Counted from the first letter of the stretch, positions 13,365 to 26,749 are shown. The stretch is DNA of 64,000 nt from Octopus sinensis (GCF_006345805.1 NC_043013.1:12710001-12774000), one strand, 5' to 3'. Notes: generated by a model not told the origin, from the sequence alone. Numbers and translations: made by a program.

Positions 13365-13710
13365 TCGGAAAACTCACTCTGGGCATTCTTATAAGAAAAG
13401 AGCTCCTGAATTTGTTGGTGAGATTCAGGCCATGATTGATAACGATCCCTCCAAGTCAACCAGGTCCATCGCCAGGGGCATGGCAGTGTCTGAGTTTCTT
13501 ATCAGGCAGGTAGTGCACGAAGACATTCGGTATTCCTCATACAAGACGAGAAAGAGCCAATTTTTATCCTAAACCATCAAGGACAAACGGTAAGAACGCC
13601 CTATGAAACTTTTGAACAAAACCAAAGCATCCTCTCCAACCGAAGATGCTTTGGTTTTTCTCAGACGAGAAAGATTCCTGCCAGGATCAGATGGTGAACA
13701 CACAGAACAA
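13365..13710 (+). pseudogene. Tc1/mariner transposase fragment (maT/DD37D-like)
   Basis: RAPEFVGEIQAMIDNDPSKSTRSIARGMAVSEFLIRQVVHEDIRYSSYK...LS*..., then after a frameshift KHPLQPKMLWFFSDEKDSCQDQMVNTQN (first catalytic D in FSDEK). Confidence 0.82.
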
Positions 13711-13846
13711 TATATTATTGTGTCCGGGGAGAGTCATTCTCTTTTAGTGCCTTAGTATGTAACGCATTCGCCGGTTCGATTTAAATAACTCAATGAGTGG
13801 AAATTGAACTACATACAAAAACGAAATATATATATACATATACATA

Positions 13847-14010
13847 GGCGCAGGAGTGGCTGTGTGGTAAGTAGCTTGCAAACCAACCACATGGTTCCGG
13901 GTTCAGTCCACTGGTGGCATCTTGGGCAAGTGTCTCTGCTATAGCCCCGGGCCGACCAATGCCTTGTGAGGGATTTGGTAGACGGAAACTGAAAGAAGCC
14001 TGTCGTATAT
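13847..14010 (+). mobile_element. SINE family A (CORE-like; OR-type from recollection), 5' half
   Basis: ggcgcaggagtggctgtgtggtaag...ccgggttcagtcc...cttgggcaagtg; ends in a TA microsatellite. Confidence 0.85.
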
Positions 14011-14049
14011 ATGTATATATATATATATAATATATATATATATATCTAA

Positions 14050-14150
<101 letters not shown>

Positions 14151-14269
14151 CAGATCACTGCGCAGACTCAGAACGTCCGTATGTATGTATGTATGTGTAT
14201 GTATGTATTATGTATGTATATGTATGTATGTATGTATGTATGTGTGTGTGTGTATGTATGTATATACAC

Positions 14270-14572
14270 TTAATCTTATGACAATGAAGGTCCCAGTTGA
14301 TACGATCAATGGAACTGCGTGTTCGTGAAATTAACGTGTAAGTGGCCGAGTACTCCATAGACACGTCTATTCTTAACGTAGTTTTCAAGGAGATTCTGCG
14401 TGACACAGAACGTTACCAGACCGGCTCTTTTGAATTTACAAATACACCTCATTTTTGCCAACTGAATGCACTGGAGCAATGCGAAATAAAAGTGTCTTGC
14501 TCCAAGGGATAACGCGCCGCCGGGTATCGAACTAACAACCATACAATCGCGAGGCGAATACTCTAACCACTA
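14270..14572 (-). mobile_element. SINE family D
   Basis: Reverse complement tagtggttagagtattcg...gttcgatacccggc...gagcaagacacttttatttc...acgttaatttcacga...gttccattgatcg; homologous to 30395-30760. Confidence 0.75.
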
Positions 14573-14575
14573 AAC

Positions 14576-14995
14576 CTATTTCTTTACTGCCCACAAGGGG
14601 CTACACACAGAGGGGACAAACAAGGACAGACAAACGGATTAAGTCGATTATATCGACCCCAGTGCGTAACTGGTACTTAATTTATCCACCCCGAAAGGAT
14701 GAAAGGTAAAGTCGACCTCGGCGGAATTTGAACTCAGAACGTAGAGGCAGAGGAAATACATATTTCTTTACTACCCATAAGGGGCCATACACAGAGGGGG
14801 ACAAACAAGGACAGACAAAGGGATTAAGTCTATTACATCGACCCCAGTGCGTAACTGGTACTTAATTAATCGATCCCGAAAGGATGAAAGGCAAAGTCGA
14901 CTTCCGCAGAATTTGAACTCAGAACGTAACGGCAGACGAAATACCGCTATGCATTTCGCCCGGTGTGCTAACGTTTCTGCCAGCTTTCCGCCTTT
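14576..14995 (-). mobile_element. SINE family B dimer (head + body-tail + headless body-tail)
   Basis: Two ~185-bp units joined at gaaatacatatttc (14753-14766). Confidence 0.85.
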
Positions 14996-15104
14996 TTTAC
15001 ACCAACCAACCAGCCATCTAGCCCACCGAACATGGCTTATTTACAGCTGCCAACCAATCAGATAATTGAAACAGCTATATTAGAGTAACGAATCATTCCA
15101 GTAC

Positions 15105-15180
15105 CTTTCATATGTCTCTAATACTTCACCTGCGAATTTCATTCTGTTTAAAGCCTTGAAGACTGAATCTAATTCCATTT
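15105..15180 (-). CDS. Candidate internal coding exon (76 nt, phase 1 to 2) of an unidentified gene
   Basis: cattcaactttag|...|gtactg; open frame xMELDSVFKALNRMKFAGEVLETYE(R/S) in non-repetitive sequence. An alternative internal donor CAG|gtgaag also exists. Confidence 0.42.
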
Positions 15181-15850
15181 CTAAAGTTGAATGTATCTCA
15201 AACCTCTAATAATTTTAGTAGGACTGAGGAGGGATTTTCATTGTTGTAAATATAAACGCAGATAACCAGATGTCTACCAAATGTTTACCAGCTGTTAACC
15301 GAATGTTTACCAGGTGTTTTTTTAGACAGAAAAAGAAAATGATAATAATAGAGGAATATTTGTCACATTTGAATTTTAGTGGAAAAATAGCTTTCATTAA
15401 ACAATTTTACTACAACTGTTTTCTGTTGCTGTCGTCTTCTTCTTCTTCTTCTTCTTCTTCTTCTTCTTCTCTTATCTTCTTCTTCTTCTTCTTTCTTCTT
15501 TCTTCTTCTTCTTCTTCTTTCTTCTTCTTCTTCTCTTCTTCTTCTTCTTATTCTTCTTCTTCTTCTTCTTTTCCAATCAAGACTCACGCCATTAGCCACA
15601 AAGAATAATCTCTTAATTCGAGCCTACTCTAAGCTACTAAGAATTTGTGTGGCAACTTCAAGATCCATCCACCACACGCGATAGACTGGCGGTTGCACGG
15701 GCGCGAAAGCTACGTTGTTATCCTCATTCCGTAAACGGTGGCATTTTTTTAACGGGTGGAGAGCTGAACAATCCTGGGGTCCAGAGGATTGCGCCTCCAC
15801 TGTTGCTGTTGTTGTGGTTGTTGTTGGTGGTGCTGTTTTTCGTCATCTGT

Positions 15851-15893
<43 letters not shown>

Positions 15894-16923
15894 GACGCTA
15901 CTAGTAATAGTTGTAGTAGTGGTAGTTACTGATAGCTCGTCTGGTGTGAAAAATTTTGCTCCGAGTTTGCTCGACGTTTTTCAAGAGTAACTCAAAGAAG
16001 TTATTTTCGTTTTGGATTTTATTTCACACAAGGAGATGTTTATGGTGAAATGTTCTTTAATGACCGAGGACGGACATATGACTCTGTATACATCATTTTT
16101 AAAACAAAGTGGGGGTCAGGCTAAAGTGCAACCCACATTGCCTCAGACTCACCCAAAATAAATTCGTTTCAAAATATTTGTGAAAGAAGAAATAAAATGT
16201 TTAATAAGAAAAGTCGTTGATCAGTTGTCAATTGTGCTGCACAACAGGGCCGATTATCAATATCGACTTAACTTTAGACTATGTAATTCGATGGGGTTAC
16301 CGTAAACCTACCAAAGTCTTCATAACTTGGCACGACCACAAAACAATACCGGAGGGGGTTTATTGTTAAGAGTGCTGAGAAGATGACTTTAATGCTCAGT
16401 ATCTAAGGGAGACATCCCAGCTGTTACGCATGCGATACTAAAAGCCGTTTAAGAGCTATCTACTCAGAAAGCCTAAAAGAACCATAGCAAATACGATAAT
16501 ATCAAAGCATAGAGTTTTCCTGAAGGGGCACAGGCACGGATCTGGAGTCGACAATGGAATTGCCCTGTCCTCGTTGCCTGGAGTTAATCAGGAGATCAAA
16601 GAAATCCCATTTTTCTCAGCCTCAACCTGCGAAGATAAATAGAGTCACGCTTAGTAACAATAACAACAACAATAAGAATTAAACAAATAGAAACACATTT
16701 CCTGATAGCAGTACCATACCCACCACTTATGAAGATGCATGTCCGGTAAGTCCACCGTCATCAAATGTTGATTACAGGTAAGTTCATCACCCTCAATTCA
16801 TCGCAAGAGAGTTCACTGCCATCCATTCACTTTGAAGTCAGTTCACCGAGAGGAAAGTTTACCGAAAAAAGTATATCCTTAGCATCTCAACATTACTAGT
16901 TAACAACTATTGAAGAAAAAAAC

Positions 16924-17363
16924 GGCGCAGGAGTGGCTGTGTGGTAAGTAGGTTGCTTACCAACTACATAGTTCCGGGTTCAGTCCCACTGCGTGGCACC
17001 TTGGGCAAGTGTCTTCTACTATAGCCTCGGGCCCCGACCAAGCCTTGTAAGTGGATTTGGTTGACGGAAACTGAAAGAAGCCCATCGTATATATGTGATA
17101 TATATATATATGTGTGTGTTGTGTGTATGTTTGGGGTGTGTTCTGTCTGTGTTGTCCCGCCATTGCTTGACAACCGATGCTGGTGTGTTTACGTCCCCGT
17201 AACTTAGCGGTTCGGCAAAGGAGAGCGATAGAATAAGTAATAAGTACTAGGCTTACAAAGAATAAGTCGTGGGGCGATTTTGCTTGACTAAAAGGCGGTG
17301 CTCCAGCATGGCCGCCAGTCAAAGACTGCTGACAATGATGAAACAAGTAAAAAGGTAAAAAAA
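16924..17363 (+). mobile_element. Full-length SINE family A
   Basis: Head, CORE-like box, internal TA/TG microsatellite, 3' part ...ggcggtgctccagcatggcc...caagtaaaaag tail. Confidence 0.9.
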
Positions 17364-17741
17364 GTAATTGATGATGGTGAACTTTCCCGGCGGTGAATTG
17401 ATGGCGAAGAACTTAGCTGTAATCACGAAGATGGATACCATATGGAGATCGAAGAGAACAGACAGGCATCCAAGGTGGAAATAGACCCAAGGAAAAAATT
17501 CTGAAATATAATAAAGGTTGTTAGTACAAGCCCTGTAAAGAAGAGAAACTCTTCGTTGTGTAAGAACTCATTCTATATGTAAAGTAACCCATCTCTTGCA
17601 TGGAGAAACGAATCTGCTGCTTGAGCGAAATGAAATTCACAACTCTTCACTCGAATAACAAAGGTCAAATAAGACATTCGAAATACTCCAACTACTTTCA
17701 GGCGAAATATGGTTTGGGAAGAAGAGATACAGTGTTTAATA

Positions 17742-17875
17742 TTCTTTTCTACTCTAGGCACAAGGCCCAAATTTTTTGGGGTGGGTGGGTGGAGGGGCAG
17801 TCGATTAGATCGACCCCAGTACGCAACTGGTACTTAATTTATCGACTCCGAAAGGATGAAAGGCAAAGTCGACGT
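17742..17875 (-). mobile_element. SINE family B, 3' portion
   Basis: ttctactctaggcacaaggccc...tcgaccccagtacgcaactggtac...gaaaggatgaaaggcaaagtcgac. Confidence 0.85.
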
Positions 17876-18129
17876 CGAACAAAATGTTTAATATTAGAAA
17901 CGTCGATGGTTAGTCGTGACTTTTGTAGCATAATATGGACCGATGGTCAGTGTCCGCGTAATTTTAGACAATATCTATATGACTACAAAACAATACCAGA
18001 ACTGTTTCTGGCTGAGAGTGCTGAGGGGACCTAATCTCTTTTAAACAGCTTAAAAGAACAGAACACTAATACCAAATTCGAACAGATAATCCGGGGCGAT
18101 GGCTTTCACTTTGTCACTGTAGCCCGGGA

Positions 18130-18410
18130 GTACTCCACTCCATGGATGATTTTGGAATTCCAGCTTTTGAACAACACAGGAAGGAAGAGAAGCTGCGTAA
18201 TCAGGAATGGGGATTGCCGATTGCCGTGGAATAAGCTGCCGGACGAGATAGTGAAGATGCCGACGACCGCTCGGTTCAAAGTCTCTCTTGACCAGAAATG
18301 GCCTGAACTCTTTGCATGAACACCCTCCCTGTACATAACTCCATGTCCCCCTACATGGCCTTGCTTTTCGCTTTTTAAGCCCCAAAAATTAACTTAACTT
18401 AACTATTCAA
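18130..18410 (+). mobile_element. CR1/L2-type LINE 3' end
   Basis: PWNKLPDEIVKMPTTARFKVSLDQKWPELFA* is the typical ORF2 C-terminal WNxLP motif, followed by a 3' UTR ending in (ttaac)n. Confidence 0.75.
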
Positions 18411-18589
18411 CACAAGTGCACATCTAAATTTTATGCAGCAATATTGCTTTAATTATTGCTTTCGTTGTTACATATATATATTTTTTTTACTTTTGACTCT
18501 TTATGTTTTTTTTTTATAAATTTCTTCTAATTCGTCTAATTACATTTTATTTTGGAAACTTATTCTTTTCATTCTTTACCAGTTCTTTA

Positions 18590-19720
18590 CCAGTTCTTTA
18601 TCAGCCACTCGTCCATCCCCAAGTATTGCAAATGTCAATGATCTTGCTTTCCTTCATCATTTAATCAAATACAACAATGTCTGGTTTCCCAGCATCAGTT
18701 ACTGAACCACACTATATTGTAATACCTCACATCTTCTACTCATTATTCTCAGTGACGCCTTCTGCTTTATGCTCACAACAATTGAATGTCCATTCAAGGA
18801 CTGTACTCGTTACACAATTTGCATTGAACATACCAAGCTTCCTATCATGCCTCTTTTTCTATTCCTCTTGAGCCAATTTGCTACACTCACAATATGTAAC
18901 ACTGTTTCACTTTTTACAGCCACACATCATAAAAAAGGGGCGATTCAATACTCTTGTCTATTTGAAACTTAGTGTAATTAATTCTCAAAGCTTCTTCTTG
19001 AACGCTGCAAATCGATCCCTCGGTGCGAATCACTCTTCTTTAATCATGTCCTGGAGTTCGCCTTGTCTTTCCCTTCCACATCTGTTAGCTATTGTCCATG
19101 CATCACTTTCACTTTGCAGTTCAATCTTTGATCTCCATATCGTTTCTTAAATTCTTTTGAATGGGCTACATTTTCATTAGGTATCGTGTTGCTGTTTCTA
19201 TCCTACGAGTCCTCTCCTTACCTTGTTTCTTGACACGTACACTCTATCGACATCGCTTTTAGGCTGCAGTTCCTTGTTCAGTGTCATCGCTTTCCTGGTC
19301 TTATGATCCATTTAATCAAGCTCGGTTTTTTTGTCCATCAAACAATACCTGTCCCATATCGCATTCAAGAGCTACATTTTCATTAGGTATCGTGTTGCTG
19401 TTTCTATTCTATGAGTCCTCTTCTTACCTTGTTTCTAGACACGTACACTCTATCGACATCGCTTTTAGGCTGCGGTTCCTTGTTCAGTATCATCGCTTTC
19501 CTGGTCTTATGATCCATTTCTTCAAGCTCGGTTTTTTGTCCATCAAACAATACCTGTGCCATATCGCATTCAAGAGTCAGCCCACGAAATTCATTGCCTC
19601 GAAGTTGTTCTTACCATTACGTCTACTCTTCATAATTAACTTGCTTCTCCTGGGAGTATTCTCGCCTGAAACTTTCCTTCAACTCATTCCTCTTGATTTT
19701 GTCGTACTCGAAAATACCCA
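18590..19720 (-). mobile_element. Degenerate Dong/R4-clade LINE (post-RT region to RLE nuclease)
   Basis: GIFEYDKIKRNELKESFRREY...WTKTELEEMDHKTRKAMILNKEPQPKSDVDRVYVSRNKVRRGL, and downstream KPDIVVFD...KIIDI...GDGRVA (across frameshifts). Internal 206-bp tandem duplication. Confidence 0.82.
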
Positions 19721-20486
19721 TGTGTGTATGCATGTATGCTTGCATGCATATATATGTATGTACGTATGTACGCATGCATGTATGCGTGTATGTATGTATG
19801 TATGTATGTATGTATGTATGTATGTATGTATGTACGTATGTACGCATGCATGTATGCGTGTATGTATGTATGTATGTATGTATGTATGTATGTATGTATG
19901 TATGCATGCATGCCTATATATGTATAAACGTATGTATGCATGCATGCGTGTATGTATGTATGTGTGCGTATATATGTATGTGTGTATGTTTGTACGTACG
20001 TACGTGTGTGTGTGCATGTATGTCGTATGTATGTATGCATGCATGTATGTGTGTATGTATATACATGTATATGTATGTATGTATACATGTATGCGTGTAT
20101 GTGTGTTTGTGTGTGTGTGTGTATGTAGTGTATGTATATTGTTAATGTCATAGGATTTTATTAACTTTCGAGCAAATGTGAAATATTTCTTTTTTTTTTT
20201 CTGTCTTTGAACAGTACATCCCGAAGCACATAAAGCTATCGATAATAGCATGTAATTTGAAGGATTGCTTTGGTTCAATTCTAAAAAGCCTGTCATGTCT
20301 ACAGGAGATTTGGATTTGAGTCCCAAGAGCTGCCTTCGACATTATATGCTTTTTATGCTATCCCTCTGGGATAACATAAATGCTATGATGTAATTTATGA
20401 ATACATCAATTCAACACAGAAACAGTTGTATTAGATTTTAAACCTCATTTGTGTTCAAATTTTATACCTATGCCACACCTGAAACC

Positions 20487-20800
20487 GGAGGCACATGGCC
20501 TAGTGGTTAAGGCAGCGGACTCGCGGTCAAGGGATCGCGAGTTCGAATCTCAGACCGGCCGATGTGTGTGTCTATGAGCGAAACACCTAAGCTCTACGCG
20601 GCTCCGGCAGACGGAAATGGCGAACTTCTGCTGACCCTTTTGCCACAACTTTCTCTCACTCTTTCCTCCTGCATCTTGCAGCTCACCTGCGACGGACCGG
20701 TGTCTCGTCCAGGTGGGGAACCTATGCGCCAAGGAAACTGGGAAACAGGCCCTTATGAGCCGGGCGTGGCTCGAGAAGGAACCAAAAACACACCTGAAAC
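20487..20800 (+). mobile_element. tRNA-derived SINE, family C head with a different 3' module
   Basis: ggaggcacatggcctagtggttaaggcagcggactcgcggtc...gagttcgaatctc; 3' module gcgacggaccggtgtctcgtccagg has a reverse homologue at 26557-26685. Confidence 0.8.
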
Positions 20801-20847
20801 CAACCCTGAGCCGGATCTCTTGCATCTTTTTGGATTTAGTACTCAGT

Positions 20848-20940
20848 ATAGTAGAAGAGACTTAACCAAAGTGCCACGCAGTGGGACCGAACCCGGAACC
20901 ATGTGGTTGGTAAGCAAGCTTCCTATCACACAACTACGCT
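20848..20940 (-). mobile_element. SINE family A head fragment
   Basis: Reverse of ...ggttccgggttcggtcccactgcgtggcac. Confidence 0.75.
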
Positions 20941-21359
20941 AAAATGTGTTTGTGTGTGTGTACGTGTGCGTGTAAAGGCAAGACGAACATGTAACACTAT
21001 GTGACAAGATTTGACACTCTGAGGATCATCTACAGCTTCTGCCGTCTCGCTCTCACCGTCTCATTAAATCAATAATATTGTAATATCATGATGGAAAATC
21101 GGATCACACCAGAATGGAACACTTTTGATTTATTCCGGTTTTACCATTCGATCATTTGTCTGTGTGTCTTCCATTGATTACTTCTCTCTTTCTTCTTTTT
21201 TTTTTCTTTTCGTATTTGTTTCAAGTTTTAACGTTTTTATGTTACAGAAATGGTAAAACTGTAATTTTTTTTCAAAATACTTTATAAATATAATTTTGCT
21301 ATACAGGTGCATAAAAGTTTCATTGGTTATGTCACTCTGCATAAAATGCATATATATTC

Positions 21360-21387
21360 TGTTTTACATGTGTGTATGTATATATGC

Positions 21388-21418
<31 letters not shown>

Positions 21419-21707
21419 CGCGTATGTATAGGTGTGTGTATATATTTATATGTGTGTGTACATATATATATATTCATATTTATGCATGTGTGTGTGTGTG
21501 CGTGTGCGTGCAGGTAAGAATGCATGCGTGTTTGTTCAAGAGCATCTGCATGCATACATAAACAACGCCATGCATTCTTATGCAAATGTCTTGGTGTAAT
21601 ATATATATGTATATATATATGCATGTATGTATGTATACACACACACACATATAAGGTATGCATATATATGTACATATATATATATATATATGTATATTTG
21701 CATGTTT

Positions 21708-21739
<32 letters not shown>

Positions 21740-22013
21740 TATTATATATTATCATTATTATAACACACACGCATATATATATTCACACACACACACATAT
21801 AAGGTATGCATATATATGTACATATATATTATATATATATATATGTATATTTGCATGTTTATATATATATATAAATATATATATTATATATATATATAAT
21901 ATATATATATATTATCATTATATAACACACACGCATATATATATTCACAACACACACACATATAAGGTATGCCTATATATGTACATATATATATATATGT
22001 ATATTTGCATGGT

Positions 22014-22063
<50 letters not shown>

Positions 22064-22110
22064 ATTATAACACCAACGCATATATATATTCACACACACA
22101 CACATATACA
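21360..22110. repeat. (TA)/(TG) microsatellite with 3x ~150-bp higher-order repeat
   Basis: Marker ataaggtatgc recurs at 21651, 21799 and 21962. Confidence 0.9.
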
Positions 22111-23029
22111 TATATACATACATTTTGTATGTGCAATCTATATCTATTTTCATGAAATATAAATACATGTAAAATTTCTATATATCGATTTCTCCAGCTA
22201 AAAAAAAGACATTGATGCATGTATATATACATATTTTACAAACAAACACACGCATACACACACACACCACGGATATACCTAACACACGCATACATGTAGA
22301 CTCCATATTTATGATAACAATATCCATATCTTTTGGAAGTTTTGATTTTTCATCGTTCGTTTTTGTTGAATCAAAGAATATAACAGCAAATAGACTCAAA
22401 CATAAACAGACTTAAACAAACATACACACAGAGAAAACGGGGAAGAACAGGAACAGGGAAGAAAATAAACAAAACAAACAGAGAAATATATGCAACCCGA
22501 CAAACTTACACATACAAGTAAGAAACAACAAATATGAGACAGACGCACAGGAACGCTTCGAAAACAGAAACATATATAAATATACGCAAACAACCAATCT
22601 TATGAAACACACAACTACACAAATATTTTGTAGAAACACATAAATATTTACAAATATATTCAGGATTACAAAGTGCCACATACGATGAGAAACATACGAA
22701 GAGACACCATAATATACAGGATAACAAATTTCTACATATCTCACATATGTATATATATATAAATATATATATAAATGTATAAATAAATGTAAGCATACGA
22801 AAGGATAACAAGGCTGCACATACAAACACAAGGAGAAGAACAAAAAAAAAATGAGCTTCTCAAAATATTTTTTTAAGAAAAAAGACAATATGAAATAAAA
22901 ACTGGAAATAAAATAATAACTAAAGATTGTGTGTGTATGTGTGTGTGTACGTGTGTGTGTGTAAAAATAAAAAGTAAATAAAAAGTAGCAGATTCCAGAA
23001 GATATTCTGGATAATCCAGCATTCGCCAT

Positions 23030-24008
23030 TACCTTTACCGTATCTACCACCACTATCAACACCACCACCACCATCACCACCACCACAACTACCACCACCA
23101 CTACCATCACCACCATCACCGCCGCCACCACCACCCCACAACCACCAAGCACTACCACAACCACTACTACCACAACCACCACCATTAACATCACCGTCGC
23201 TATCATCGCCATTTTCTCTACTATCACCACCACTACCACCACCACCACCATCATCACCATCATCATCACAGTCATCGTCATCATCGTCATCATTTTCATC
23301 ATCATAGACCTCCTTCTGCTCTTCTAATTCCTCCTCCTCCTCCACCTCATCATCATCATCACCATCTTCATCATCAGCATCATTACGACCTTCATCATCA
23401 ATAACAGCAACATAATTGTCGTCGTCATCGTCGTCGCCATCATCATCATCATCATCAACAACAACAGCAGGAAGTATAAACCGCCGCCGCCAGTGCCATC
23501 TTCATCACCACCATCACCACCACGACCACCACCACCGCCACCACCGCCGCCACCACCATTGCCGCCGCCGTCTCCGCCGTCGCCACTGCCACAGTCCTTC
23601 ATTCCTGCCGTCATATGCCGTCCTTTCCTTTTTAATTTATTTATTTTAATTCTTTTTGCCTTTTTTCGTTTTGTAATTTTTATGTCGGTGGATTCCACCC
23701 CCAACCCACCCCACCCATCTCTCTCTCTCTCTCCTCTCTCTCGCAACGTTTTTATGAATGTAAAAAGCAAAGGGATAAAAACAATAAATAAAATGATAAA
23801 TAAAATAAACAAATTGTACAAGAAAAGACCCCCACCCCCACCCTCCGTTCCCTTCTCTTCCCGTCATAAAAAAAAATCATAAAAGAACAATCTAGAGAAT
23901 TTCCCGAGCTTTTCCATTGCAGAATTCAATAAACATATGCCAAGAATACCACTTGTATTCTGTAGAACAGTTGTCGTACAAGACCAAGAACAACAACAAA
24001 AATCAACA

Positions 24009-24069
<61 letters not shown>

Positions 24070-24442
24070 TTACTACTGCTACTACAAATGAGGATGAGGA
24101 TGGTGATGATGATAATGATAATAATAATAATAATTATTATTATTATTGTAAGAAGATTACCGCCGCCGCCACCACCACCACCACCACTACCACTACTTCT
24201 ACTACTACTACTTCTTCTTCTACTACTAACTACTACTACTACAAATGATGATAAGGATGGTGATGATGATGATAAGGATAATAATAATTCTTCTTCATCT
24301 TATTATTATTATTATTATTAGAAGAAGAAGAAGAAGAAGAAGAGTACCGCCGCCACCACCACCACTACTGCTATATTTGCAATGACTGTAAGAACCAGAA
24401 ACATTACAACTACTACTATTAATACTACTACTCCTGGTGCTG

Positions 24443-24477
<35 letters not shown>

Positions 24478-24950
24478 GCTACTGCTGCTGCTGCTGTTAC
24501 TGCTACTACACTTACAATGATTATGACGACCAAAAGTATTGCAACTACTACTCCTGCTACTAATACAACTACTACTATTACATTTTCTATGGTTGTAACG
24601 GGCAAAAGAATCATTACAACGCGGATTATTACCACCACTGCCACTAATACTACAACTACTACTACTAGCATAAAGATTAGAATCACTGTAACAACTATAA
24701 TTTCAACAACCACTAGTAAAACTGCCACTGTTGCTACTATTACTAGAACTAGTAATCCAGTCACAGCTTTCGACAGCCTCATTGGCAATGTAAACACAAT
24801 GCCAAAACAACTGCAACGTGTTTAACGATAACAAGAACCTTAACTACAATGACAGGAACAACCACACCATTAAAACAACTAACAACAACAACAACTACTA
24901 CTACTACTACTACTACAACTGCTGCTGCTACTACTACTACTTACAATTAT
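23030..24950. repeat. (ACC)n/(ATC)n/(ACT)n/(AAT)n degenerate trinucleotide tracts
   Basis: Directly visible. Confidence 0.9.
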
Positions 24951-25004
24951 GACATCTCTGAAGACCAAAAACTCCACAGCAACAGCAACAACAATTGCAA
25001 ATAA

Positions 25005-25400
25005 TCTTTTCTACTCTAAGCACAAGGCCCGAAATTTTGGGGGAGGGGGCCAGTCGATTAGCTCGACCCCAGTACGCAACTGGTACTTAGTTTATCGACT
25101 CCGAAAGGATGAAAGGCAAAGTCGACCTCAGCGGAGTTTGAACTCAGAACGTAAAGACGGACGAAATACCTATTTCTTTATTACCCACAAGGGGCTAAAC
25201 ACAGAGGGGACAAACAAGGACAGACATAGGTATTAAGTCGATTACATCGACCCCAGTGCGTAACTGGTACTTAGTTTATCGACTCCGAAAGGATGAAAGG
25301 CAAAGTCGACCTCGGCGGAATTTGAACTCACAACGTAACGCAGACGAAATACCGCTAAGCATTTCGCCCGGCGTGCTAACGTTTCTGCCAGCTCGCCGCC
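25005..25400 (-). mobile_element. SINE family B dimer
   Basis: Two bodies with different tails joined at gaaatacctatttc (25163-25176). Confidence 0.88.
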
Positions 25401-25460
25401 GGACAATTTCAAAGAATGACAACCAAAGAACTACAACAACTACTACTACTACTACTACTC

Positions 25461-25541
<81 letters not shown>

Positions 25542-25624
25542 AGTTGCTATTGTAAATCTTGTGATCAAGAATTTCAATAGCTGTAATGACAGCAACAACA
25601 GTATTGATAATTCTTTTCTATTAT

Positions 25625-26360
25625 AAGTACAAGGCCTGAAGTTTTAAGGGAAGATTGTAAGTAGGTCACATTGACCCGTATACTTGACTGGTACTTATTG
25701 CATCGACTCCGGGAAGATGAAAGGTAAAGTCGCCTCTGGTGCAATTTGAACTCAGGACGTAAAGATAGACGAAATGCCGTAACAATTCTGCCAGTTCGCC
25801 GCCTTACAACAATAAGAATCCTTTCTACCATAGGCACATCCATCCCAGTGCACAACTGGTGCTTTTTTTATCGGCCCCGAGAGAATGGAAGGCAAAGTGG
25901 GCCTCGACGGGATTTTGAACTCAGAATGTAAAGACAACAGAATGCCGCTAAGTATGTTCTCTGGCTTACATCCATCCCAGTGCACAACTGGTGCTTTTTT
26001 TATCGGCCCCGAGAGAATGGAAGGCAAAGTGGGCCTCGACGGGATTTTGAACTCAGAACGTAAAGACAACAGAATGCCGCTAAGTATGTTCTCTGGCCTG
26101 CTAACGATTCTGCCAGCTCGTCGCCTTAGGACAACAATAATAATTCTTTTCTACTCTAAGTACAAGGTCCGAAATTTTTTTTGGGGAAGGTGCCAATCGA
26201 TTAGCTCGACCCCAGTACGCAACTGGTACTTAATTTATCGACCCCGAAAGGATAATAGGCAAAGGTCGACCTCAGCAGAATTTGAACTCAAAACATAAAG
26301 ACAGACGAAATGCCGCTAAGTATGTTATCTGTCTTGCTAACGATTCTGCCAGTTCGTCAT
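25625..26360 (-). mobile_element. Cluster of ~4 co-oriented SINE family B copies, including a 132-bp tandem duplication
   Basis: Repeated aactggt...gaaaggcaaagtcgac...tttgaactcagaac cores; 25836-25965 is near-identical to 25968-26097. Confidence 0.85.
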
Positions 26361-26556
26361 TTTAGGACAACAATAATAATGACAATAATTATAAGTGTCT
26401 TTTATCTTTTACTTGTTTCAGCCACTGGATTGCGGTCATGCTGGAGCACCACCTTGATTGATCTATTCGAATACATAGATGTATACATGCTGAAAAAATT
26501 ATATCTAAAAAAAAAAGAAAAGAAAAAAACAACAAAAATCAAAACACAAGATCACG

Positions 26557-26685
26557 TGGTTTTCTCGAGCCATAAGCTCATCAGGCCAGTTTCCAGGATT
26601 CTGTGGAATATGTATTCCTTCCGCCCTAGACGGGACGCCAGTCCTTCGCAGGGTTACTCATTCTTGTCAGCTGAAGGGATTGGAG
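26557..26685 (-). mobile_element. SINE 3' module fragment
   Basis: Reverse complement ctgcgaaggactggcgtcccgtctaggg...gaaactggcctgatgagc...ggctcgagaa resembles 20690-20790. Confidence 0.6.
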
Positions 26686-26704
26686 CATTTTTCTTTCCCT
26701 TTAT

Positions 26705-26749
<45 letters not shown>

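Noticed and set aside
25836-26097. Repeat-spacer-like (CRISPR-like) pattern
   Set aside because: It is a 132-bp tandem duplication of a SINE in eukaryotic DNA, with no unique spacers and no cas genes.
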